DNA from: a virus
Direction: 5' to 3' (one strand)
Virus record (IMG/VR): IMGVR_UViG_3300030104_002421
Span: 64,001 to 128,000 of that record
DNA length: 64,000 nt
A program made the position numbers and the translations under genes. The notes beneath the pieces are model-generated. The model was given only the letters and a program-made list of their open reading frames with translations. It was not told the DNA's origin and did not search any database. Positions within the stretch are counted from its first letter, which is position 1; the number at the start of each line of letters is the position of its first letter. Positions 57,089 through 64,000 of this stretch are shown here, piece after piece.

Positions 57089-57939
57089 GTAATTTATTTG
57101 TATTAGGTAATGGCGAAAGCAGAAAAAACATACCAGTTGATATGTTAAAGTATTCTGGTAAAGTATGGGGTTGTAATGCCATTTATAGAGAACATAAACT
57201 AGATGGTTTGATTGCAGTTGACCCTATGTTAGAACATGAAATATATCGTAGTGGTTATGCACACGAAAATTCTGTTTACTTTAGAAGTTGGGATACTATG
57301 CCTGCTGAACATTATGATATGATGATAGAGGCACAAACAAGTAACATGAAAAATCCAGAGATAAGAGAGTGGCGATATAATCCAGAAGGACATTATTTAA
57401 GTTTTGTTATACATGGTCAATCTACTGTTGATACAAATAGAGACAGTACAAGATGGAAAGGTGATGGTTTTGAAAATGTTTATGTGAGTTGGTTATATGG
57501 TAAAGATAAAATTACAATGTTAAAAGATATAATGGCAGATTATTATGGCGCTGCTTGGGAAGGTGATGTTATAGGACCAGAAGACCCAGGCTGGTCATCA
57601 GGTGCTACTGCCATGTATGTTTCTTGTAAAGTAGAGAAACCTAAAAAGTGTTATCTACTAGGCATGGACATGTATAGTACAACAGATTTTATAAATAACT
57701 TATATAAAAATTCTTACGGTTACCTAGAAAGCAAGGAAAATGCAGTAACACCACAGAATTGGGTAATCCAGATGGGGCGTGTTATGGTAAGATTTAAGGA
57801 TATAGAGTTTATTAAGGTTAATCCTAGTGGAAATAGTGAGATTTCTCAAAGAATGCCACAATGGGATAGTCTTCCAAACATTACATATATGCATATGGAA
57901 GAATTTGAAAAAAACTTTAATTTAAGGCTTGACATTTAG
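57085..57939 (+). CDS. GNGxSR/GCNA-motif protein, paralogue of 55875
   Basis: VLGNGESR, WGCNAIYRE, GWSSG.TA, YLLGMD. Confidence 0.55.
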   Translation: MSNLFVLGNGESRKNIPVDMLKYSGKVWGCNAIYREHKLDGLIAVDPMLEHEIYRSGYAHENSVYFRSWDTMPAEHYDMMIEAQTSNMKNPEIREWRYNPEGHYLSFVIHGQSTVDTNRDSTRWKGDGFENVYVSWLYGKDKITMLKDIMADYYGAAWEGDVIGPEDPGWSSGATAMYVSCKVEKPKKCYLLGMDMYSTTDFINNLYKNSYGYLESKENAVTPQNWVIQMGRVMVRFKDIEFIKVNPSGNSEISQRMPQWDSLPNITYMHMEEFEKNFNLRLDI

Positions 57940-57957
57940 CACAATTCGTGTTATAAT
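57929..57957 (+). promoter_or_regulatory. Consensus sigma70 promoter driving the candidate ncRNA and gene 32
   Basis: TTGACA-N17-TATAAT with TG extension. Confidence 0.8.
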
Positions 57958-57964
57958 GTTAATA

Positions 57965-58180
57965 ATAATAGCAAAAAGAACTAATTACTCTTTTTGAATA
58001 GTGCAAGGAAGAGGGTTTCACCAGAGGCTCGAACTTGACTTCTCAGGGGTGGTACCCAGGTCAGTTGTGGAAAACACAAAGGGCAATATCTCAAATACCA
58101 AGAGGGAGAAGGTTAAACTGATTTTAGGACTGGAATCCGGTTCAGTTTTTGTGGGTAATTCCATAGTCCCACCTATTTTC
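57965..58180 (+). ncRNA. Highly structured orphan ncRNA
   Basis: GC-elevated intergenic block with about eight stems and complementary loops (TGGTA/TACCA, TGGAAT/ATTCCA). Confidence 0.65.
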
Positions 58181-58183
58181 TAT

Positions 58184-58256
58184 TATAAATAGATGTGTAC
58201 GATTATATAGTACAAGAAAGAAGAATACAAATACAACGAATACAAGGAGATAAAAT
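58184..58256 (+). promoter_or_regulatory. Late promoter plus gene-32-type autoregulatory leader
   Basis: TATAAATA, hairpin TGTAC/GTACA, then A-rich AATACAA x3 up to the RBS AGGAG. Confidence 0.6.
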
Positions 58257-59168
58257 ATGTCATTCGCAAATCTAAAACGAAGTCGAGGTAATTTCGACAA
58301 ACTAACTAAAGAGTTAGAAAAAGTACAAACCCCCACAAACAATCAAAATTCTTCCTCAGATGATAGGTTCTGGAAACCAGAACTAGATAAATCAGGTAAT
58401 GGTTATGCTGTTATCAGATTTCTACCTGCTGTAGAAGGAGAAGAACTGCCTTGGGCAAGAGTATGGTCACATGCTTTTCAAGGACCAGGTGGTTGGTACA
58501 TTGAAAATTCTTTAACTACACTAGGTCAAAAAGATCCAGTTAGTGAAGAAAATACTAAATTATGGAATACAGGCTCAGACGCCGACAAAGAAATTGCTCG
58601 TAAGAGAAAAAGAAAGTTATCTTACTTTACAAATATTCTTGTAGTGAATGACCCTAAGCATCCTGAAAATGAAGGTAAGGTGTTTCTATACAAATTTGGT
58701 AAGAAAATTTTTGATAAACTTACTGAAGCAATGAAACCTGAATTTGAAGATGAAAAGGCAATCAACCCATTTGACTTTTGGGAAGGTGCTAACTTCAAAT
58801 TAAAAATTAGAAAAGTTGATGGTTACTGGAACTATGACAAATCTGAATTTGAAACTACATCTAAATTGAAAGAGGCAGATGAAGAAATAGAAGCGATTTG
58901 GAAAATGCAGAAACCATTAGTAGAATTTTCAGCACCAAGTAATTTCAAATCTTATGATGATTTAAAAGCGAAATTTGAAAAAACTGTATATGGTACTGGA
59001 AAATCTGAAACAGCAGACCAAATTGATATCCCACCTGTAAGTGCTGCTGTTGAAGAGGTAAGTGAACAAGTAAAAGAAACTGTAGCGTCAGCGCCAATTG
59101 ATACTCCCCCTAGTAATGATGACGAAGACGATACTATGAATTACTTTAGCAAATTAGTTAACGATTAA
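58257..59168 (+). CDS. gp32: Single-stranded DNA-binding protein gp32
   Basis: DDRFWKP..DK.GNGYAVIRFLP, WYIENSLTT, FDFWEGANFKLK, acidic tail. Confidence 0.97.
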   Translation: MSFANLKRSRGNFDKLTKELEKVQTPTNNQNSSSDDRFWKPELDKSGNGYAVIRFLPAVEGEELPWARVWSHAFQGPGGWYIENSLTTLGQKDPVSEENTKLWNTGSDADKEIARKRKRKLSYFTNILVVNDPKHPENEGKVFLYKFGKKIFDKLTEAMKPEFEDEKAINPFDFWEGANFKLKIRKVDGYWNYDKSEFETTSKLKEADEEIEAIWKMQKPLVEFSAPSNFKSYDDLKAKFEKTVYGTGKSETADQIDIPPVSAAVEEVSEQVKETVASAPIDTPPSNDDEDDTMNYFSKLVND

Positions 59169-59199
59169 ACTAATCTCTCCTGCTATAAACACTTACATT

Positions 59200-59224
59200 A
59201 AGGGGGACTTTGTCCCCCTTTTTT
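59200..59224 (+). terminator. Rho-independent terminator after gp32
   Basis: AAGGGGGAC-ttt-GTCCCCCTT followed by TTTT. Confidence 0.85.
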
Positions 59225-59237
59225 AATATATATTGAT

Positions 59238-59855
59238 ATGATAAAAGACTATATAGCACACGATTTATTTCCAACACCTGTATATCAGAATAATATTCCT
59301 GTAACTACACTTGACGAAATAAGACAGGAAGAATATAGAGAAATACTACCTGATAGAAATGGTTACTATACAAAGAATACTAGAATATTAGATAAGTACA
59401 CAGACTTAAAAAAAGTTATACAAGAACACATTGATTGCTTTGTCTTTGAACATTTACTCATAAAAAGAATATATGAGTTTCCTATATTGAACAGTTGGGT
59501 CAATAGACATATACGAAGTGATTTCTCACATAAACATTTTCATTGTCATTCATTAATAAGTGGCATATACTACCTCAAGGCACCACAAGATGGTGGCATG
59601 CCAATGTTTTGGAAACCTGATGGTTTCTCAAATCTACTAGGTACAATGTTTAACTTTGAGTTAAGTGGTGATAATGGTATCAATAAATTAGTATATAAAG
59701 TTAATGTAAAAGATGGTGATTTATTACTGTTTCCATCACATTTATATCATTCAGTAGAAGAAAGTAAAACAGACGAGGAACGATACTCTTTGGCATTTAA
59801 TGTATGGGTCAAGGGTGAGTTTGAGGCCAGCGATATAAGCGAATTATCATTATAA
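59238..59855 (+). CDS. Putative 2OG-Fe(II) oxygenase (TIGR02466-like)
   Basis: LFPTPV, WVN, H.H...ISGIYY, LFPSHLYHSV, RYSLAFN. Confidence 0.85.
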   Translation: MIKDYIAHDLFPTPVYQNNIPVTTLDEIRQEEYREILPDRNGYYTKNTRILDKYTDLKKVIQEHIDCFVFEHLLIKRIYEFPILNSWVNRHIRSDFSHKHFHCHSLISGIYYLKAPQDGGMPMFWKPDGFSNLLGTMFNFELSGDNGINKLVYKVNVKDGDLLLFPSHLYHSVEESKTDEERYSLAFNVWVKGEFEASDISELSL

Positions 59856-59858
59856 ATA
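59851..59858 (+). promoter_or_regulatory. T4-type late promoter TATAAATA
   Basis: Exact match 10 nt upstream of the ATG at 59869. Confidence 0.65.
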
Positions 59859-59868
59859 GTCCATTACT

Positions 59869-60150
59869 ATGGATTTATTTTTTACAATTTTAGTTGATTT
59901 TGGATTGCCAGTTGCAGCTGCAATGGTAATGGGGGTATTCATATACATTATTTTAAAGTATATACTATCCGGTGTTGTAGGTCAAGTACAAACAATCACT
60001 ATGTTAATCTCCGCTTTAGACAACAGAATTAAAACTATGAACCACGATATGGTAAAACTTGATATATTAATAAGTAGCGCTTTGAACTTACGACCTGACC
60101 TTGATAGAATATCCAGAGCAGATGGTAAAGAAGACGCCAGAAAAGACTAA
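59869..60150 (+). CDS. Membrane protein with coiled coil
   Basis: FGLPVAAA.MG.FIY TM segment; LDNRIKTMNHD. Confidence 0.65.
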   Translation: MDLFFTILVDFGLPVAAAMVMGVFIYIILKYILSGVVGQVQTITMLISALDNRIKTMNHDMVKLDILISSALNLRPDLDRISRADGKEDARKD

Positions 60151-60443
60151 TGGATATTGTAGAGATATTAAACCAGTATGGTTTTGCCACAGTAGCAGCA
60201 ATTGCTATGGGGTATTTCATCTATTTTATTTACAATTATATCACCGGTAATATCATAGAAAAATTAGACAAAGCACAAATCACTACCATAGCATTAATTG
60301 ATAGAATTAGAATGCTAGATAATGACTTAATAAGATTACGGTCAAAACTGAATACCGTACTAGAAATGAGGGAAAATGAACAAAGAGACGGCACAAAAAA
60401 GTCTGGAAATGCAGAAAAACTACTTGAAGGTGATGAAAAGTAA
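60150..60443 (+). CDS. Membrane protein with coiled coil, paralogue of 59869
   Basis: YGF..VAA..MGYFIY; LIDRIRMLDNDL. Confidence 0.65.
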   Translation: MDIVEILNQYGFATVAAIAMGYFIYFIYNYITGNIIEKLDKAQITTIALIDRIRMLDNDLIRLRSKLNTVLEMRENEQRDGTKKSGNAEKLLEGDEK

Positions 60444-60511
60444 CGGTATAATAGTTGGCGCAGTAATACTATTAACTTTTACTACCGTTGCAATATTAGA
60501 CTACCTCCTAT

Positions 60512-60519
60512 TATAAATA
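60512..60519 (+). promoter_or_regulatory. T4-type late promoter for the csg locus
   Basis: TATAAATA 5 nt upstream of the csgF ATG. Confidence 0.65.
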
Positions 60520-60524
60520 TAAGC

Positions 60525-61001
60525 ATGAACAAGGCACTTTTAAAAGTGCTAGGGGGCAGTCTTATATTATGTACTTTGAGTTTACCTAGTACATCAAGCG
60601 AATTAGTATATCAATTTGGCAATCCCGCATTTAGTGGTGTTGGTTACTCAAGCCATGTGTTGTCAATTGAACAATTAAATTATAATAGAGAAAAGCAGGT
60701 TACAGATGACGCTAAGTCAGCGGCAGCTGCTCAGGCACGATTAGAAAACAATACTACAATTAACAAGTTTATTAAGAATGTAGAAAGTCGTATCTATGCT
60801 AATTTGTCCAAACAGTTAGTTGATAACATGTTTGGTACTGAATGTTCTGGTACTTGTCCTACAAGTGGCACAGCAACAGTAGAAGGTTCACAAATTGCTT
60901 GGATAAAAGATACCTCTACAGAAATTATTACATTAACAATTACTGACCCTAATGGCAATGTTACTACAATGTCCGTGCCACTAGGTGACTTTAAATTTTA
61001 G
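60525..61001 (+). CDS. csgF: Curli assembly protein CsgF-like
   Basis: Signal peptide then SELVYQFGNPAFSG (CsgF N-terminal NPxFxG motif); C-terminal ITDP.G.VT...VP. Confidence 0.85.
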   Translation: MNKALLKVLGGSLILCTLSLPSTSSELVYQFGNPAFSGVGYSSHVLSIEQLNYNREKQVTDDAKSAAAAQARLENNTTINKFIKNVESRIYANLSKQLVDNMFGTECSGTCPTSGTATVEGSQIAWIKDTSTEIITLTITDPNGNVTTMSVPLGDFKF

Positions 61002-61007
61002 AAGATT

Positions 61008-61826
61008 ATGGGTATATACGAAGTTATAAAAGTGTTAGGTTTGATGTGTCTATTGACAGGTTGTGCCTCTAATAGTCAAAACATAAAAAAAGGTGCAGAA
61101 CCTTTTATTGAAGGTTCAACAACAATAGAACTATTAAGAGAGATACCTGATTTAGATAATCAACCTGTAATTACAATTGCTGTTTATGAATTTACTGACC
61201 AAACAGGACAAAGAAAACCTAACCCTAACTTTTCTCAATTGTCAACGGCAGTTACACAAGGTCCTGATGTTTGGGTGATATCTGCTTTAAAAGCAGTTAG
61301 TGAAGGTGATTGGTTTAAAGTAGTAGAAAGAAAAGGTTTAAACAACCTAATTAAAGAGAGACAATTAATTAGGTCAACAAGAGAATTATATGATGGAGAG
61401 AGTGAGGCAAAAAATCAATTGAAACCTATGTTATTTGCAGGTCTCATAATAGAGGGTGGCATAGTAGGTTATGATAGCAATGTTGTAAGTGGTGGTGTTG
61501 GTGCAAGATATTTTGGTATAGGCATGAGTGAAATGTACCGTACAGACCAAGTAACAGTTTCATTAAGAGTTGTTGCTGTTCAGACTGGAGAAATATTACT
61601 TACAGTCCATGCAACAAAGACAATCGCAAGTTATAATAAGGGCGGTGATGTATTTAGATTTTTAGATATGAGTACAAAGGCGTTAGAATTAGAAACTGGT
61701 GCAGCTACAAACGAACCAGTTAGTTATGCGATAAGAACAGCGATAGAGTATGCAGTATTACAGATGGTTTATGAAGGCGTTAACAAAGACCTTTGGAAAA
61801 TGAAAGGCGTAGAAGGAGTAAGATGA
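61008..61826 (+). CDS. csgG: Curli secretion channel CsgG
   Basis: Lipobox LTG-C; AVY.F.DQTGQRKP, STAVTQG, WF.VVER.GL.NL.KERQ.IR, GG.GARYFGIG. Confidence 0.93.
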   Translation: MGIYEVIKVLGLMCLLTGCASNSQNIKKGAEPFIEGSTTIELLREIPDLDNQPVITIAVYEFTDQTGQRKPNPNFSQLSTAVTQGPDVWVISALKAVSEGDWFKVVERKGLNNLIKERQLIRSTRELYDGESEAKNQLKPMLFAGLIIEGGIVGYDSNVVSGGVGARYFGIGMSEMYRTDQVTVSLRVVAVQTGEILLTVHATKTIASYNKGGDVFRFLDMSTKALELETGAATNEPVSYAIRTAIEYAVLQMVYEGVNKDLWKMKGVEGVR

Positions 61827-62509
61827 GAAATGTAACAAAAATAGTTATGTTTTTGATGATGTTTACATTGCCAGTAATGGCGAATGATATTTATGTAACA
61901 CAATCCGGTGCTACATTAACTTTAGATGTATTACAAGACGGACAAAACAACACAATAGGTAACAGTACCACAGCTTCAACAGTAACAGGTGCTACATCTA
62001 ACTTTAACATTGACCAAATTGGTAATTCAAATGTGTTGACATTTGATATTAATGGTGCAAATTACACAGGTGTTTTTAGTACGACTGGTAATAGTAACAA
62101 TATAGATTTCAATTGTGATAGCGGAGGAACAGTTAGTTCATGTGCCACAGTTACAGCGTCAATTATTTGGGTAGGTTCTTCAAATGATTTAGATATTGAT
62201 GTTGGTGAAACAGCAGACGCTACGGGTGCTAATATTACGATAGCAGGTGCTTCTGGTAGTGATAGTAATGTTATTGCTGGTACAGTAGATGGTACAAGTG
62301 TTATCTTTACTTTATCAGTAAATGGTGATACAAATAATTTCTTGGTCGACATAGACGGAGATGGGGATAGTGCAGGACATACCTACATACACACACATAC
62401 AGGTTCAATTGCTGATGTTGACATAACACAATCAGGTATATATGACAACATGATTACTTTAACAACAAGTGGCGACAACCACAATATTGATATTATACAA
62501 AGAGACTAA
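61823..62509 (+). CDS. Secreted curlin-repeat-like beta-solenoid protein
   Basis: Signal peptide; repeats such as IYVTQSG, LQDGQNN, IDQIGNSN, ITQSG.YDN. Confidence 0.65.
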   Translation: MRNVTKIVMFLMMFTLPVMANDIYVTQSGATLTLDVLQDGQNNTIGNSTTASTVTGATSNFNIDQIGNSNVLTFDINGANYTGVFSTTGNSNNIDFNCDSGGTVSSCATVTASIIWVGSSNDLDIDVGETADATGANITIAGASGSDSNVIAGTVDGTSVIFTLSVNGDTNNFLVDIDGDGDSAGHTYIHTHTGSIADVDITQSGIYDNMITLTTSGDNHNIDIIQRD

Positions 62510-62553
62510 TATGGATTGGATTTTAATTTTATTATATACAGGAGTGATTACAT

Positions 62554-63678
62554 ATGCGGCTTACAAATTTTATAATTGGGTGCATAGTCTTAACCCTTAC
62601 GATTTTACTCCCAAAAAGTAGTTTTGCTAATATTGGCAATGTTACTCAATTAGAGGGTAACGGTGTCATTGATAGACAAGACGGTGATGAGGGTATTGTA
62701 ATTGAAAAAGAATTAGATATATTTTCATACGATACTGTAAAGACAGGTAATGGTAAAGTTGGGATAGAGTTTATAGACAATACAAGAGTTGACATCACCC
62801 AACATTCAAAACTTATCATAGATGAGTTTGTTTATGACCCAAACAGTAAGACCGGTAAACTATCATTGAAAGCAAGTCTTGGCACAGTAAGATATGCCTC
62901 AGGACAAATTGCAAAAAATTCAGCAACAAATGTACAGATAACGACACCAACGGCAACGATTGGTGTTCGTGGTACAGATTTTACTATGACAATAGATGAA
63001 GTAGGTTCATCTACAATTATATTGTTACCAAGTTGCGATACAAATGGTAATTGTTTTGTAGGTGAGATAAGTGTTGAAAGCGACGCTGGTCAAGTTATAC
63101 TTAATCAGGCATTTCAAGCTACAGTAGTTGATACAGTTGCAAGTAGACCATTGACGCCTGTAATTTTAAATTTAGATGAAGATATGATTAATAACTTAAT
63201 GATTGTATCTAAACCTGCTGAAATAGAAAGTATGCAAAATGAAGAAGGACTTAATGAAGTTGCAGACGCTTTAGATATTGACTTTTTACAATTTGATGAT
63301 TTAGAAGTTGATTATTTGGCAGAGGATGAAAGTCAATTTAAAACAGGACTTGATATTGATTTTTTAGAACAAAATTTTTTGGCTGATATCTTGGCACAGA
63401 TTAACAAAGAGTTAGCAAAAGCAATGAGGTCAGAATTTGATAAACAAAAATCAGCAGATGGTATATTACTAGGTAAGAATCCTGAAACTGGTGTCATAAT
63501 ATTAGATGAAGACCCAGAGTGGGTATGGATAAGAGAAGACGCTAGTGGTAGTTATATAGAACTACGATTAGATAAAGAGTATGGATATATTTTAAATATT
63601 GTGCAAAGTGAATTTGAACAATATGATTTTCAGTTAGGAGGGCAAGACAATGCTATTACGATACAGCAAATTAATTAG
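62554..63678 (+). CDS. Secreted FecR-domain protein
   Basis: Signal peptide; D.VKTG, F.D.T, TPTATIGVRGTDF; acidic C-terminal half. Confidence 0.8.
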   Translation: MRLTNFIIGCIVLTLTILLPKSSFANIGNVTQLEGNGVIDRQDGDEGIVIEKELDIFSYDTVKTGNGKVGIEFIDNTRVDITQHSKLIIDEFVYDPNSKTGKLSLKASLGTVRYASGQIAKNSATNVQITTPTATIGVRGTDFTMTIDEVGSSTIILLPSCDTNGNCFVGEISVESDAGQVILNQAFQATVVDTVASRPLTPVILNLDEDMINNLMIVSKPAEIESMQNEEGLNEVADALDIDFLQFDDLEVDYLAEDESQFKTGLDIDFLEQNFLADILAQINKELAKAMRSEFDKQKSADGILLGKNPETGVIILDEDPEWVWIREDASGSYIELRLDKEYGYILNIVQSEFEQYDFQLGGQDNAITIQQIN

Positions 63679-64000
63679 TTTCTTATTTGTATTGTTTTGT
63701 TGCACATCAGCATTTGCTGAGACGGCACATATAAACTATACTGATACTAATATGTACAATAAGATTAAAGGTGAACTAGAAACATTAGGGTTTACAGTTA
63801 CAGGTACAAATAGTGGGTCAGTAAGTTTAAGTGATTTTACTGGTAAAGATTTACATATCAATGTTGCAGGTAATAATAACTGTGGCAGTACATGTAAGAC
63901 GGCATATGAAACTTATATAGGTGCAGGTGGTAATGTTATTATTGCAGGTAATGGTGACCGTGATGGCAATAGAACACTTAGCATTGAAAGTCTTGTAGAA
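63650..64000 (+). CDS. Secreted protein, truncated by the window end (not in ORF track)
   Basis: RBS AGGAGG; MLLRYSKLISFLFVLFCCTSAFA signal; frame open to 64000. Confidence 0.65.
   Translation, partial: MLLRYSKLISFLFVLFCCTSAFAETAHINYTDTNMYNKIKGELETLGFTVTGTNSGSVSLSDFTGKDLHINVAGNNNCGSTCKTAYETYIGAGGNVIIAGNGDRDGNRTLSIESLVE

Noticed and set aside
57965-58180. RNase P RNA or 6S RNA identity for the orphan RNA
   Set aside because: It lacks GAGGAAAGUCC and the matching 3' conserved region, and it is multi-branched rather than a long rod.
58001-58192. 63-aa + strand ORF
   Set aside because: GTG start without an RBS and atypical GC content; better explained as a shadow of the structured RNA.
948-62352. 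All minus-strand ORFs in the track (e.g. 18299-18865, 24608-25012, 53734-53997)
   Set aside because: They lie antisense to well-supported + strand genes or the tmRNA, lack recognisable motifs, and the window is uniformly + strand.
1-64000. Stop-codon reassignment
   Set aside because: Core genes are full length in the standard code, and TAA, TAG and TGA all terminate genes.

Overview
AT-rich, almost entirely + strand segment of a marine T4-like myovirus. It resembles SAR11 pelagimyophages; an alphaproteobacterial host is inferred from a permuted alpha-type tmRNA, an alpha-type LexA box and a ROSE-like element. T4 core replication and nucleotide genes are present: gp45, gp44, gp62, regA, gp43, uvsX, gp41, gp61, nrdA/nrdB, RNase H, gp33, gp59, gp32. 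Auxiliary genes include bS21, Hsp20, PhoH, NadE, glutaredoxin and eight 2OG-Fe(II) oxygenase-fold genes. Other blocks are a late cluster of putative head-packaged proteins (11.8-25.4 kb), a lipase/spanin region, a glycosyltransferase/radical SAM/methyltransferase/NadE/UDP-sugar dehydrogenase cluster, two early modules behind a repeated composite promoter, and a csgF/csgG curli-like locus truncated by the window end. The most unusual signals are RNA-level and absent from the ORF track: a complete tRNA-Thr(UGU) nested in frame inside a protein-coding gene, a compact two-piece permuted tmRNA (tag ANFNEYALAA), a ~210-nt highly structured orphan ncRNA upstream of gene 32, and a three-hairpin late RNA with anticodon-loop-like loops. 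All family assignments come from motif recognition by eye; no searches were run.
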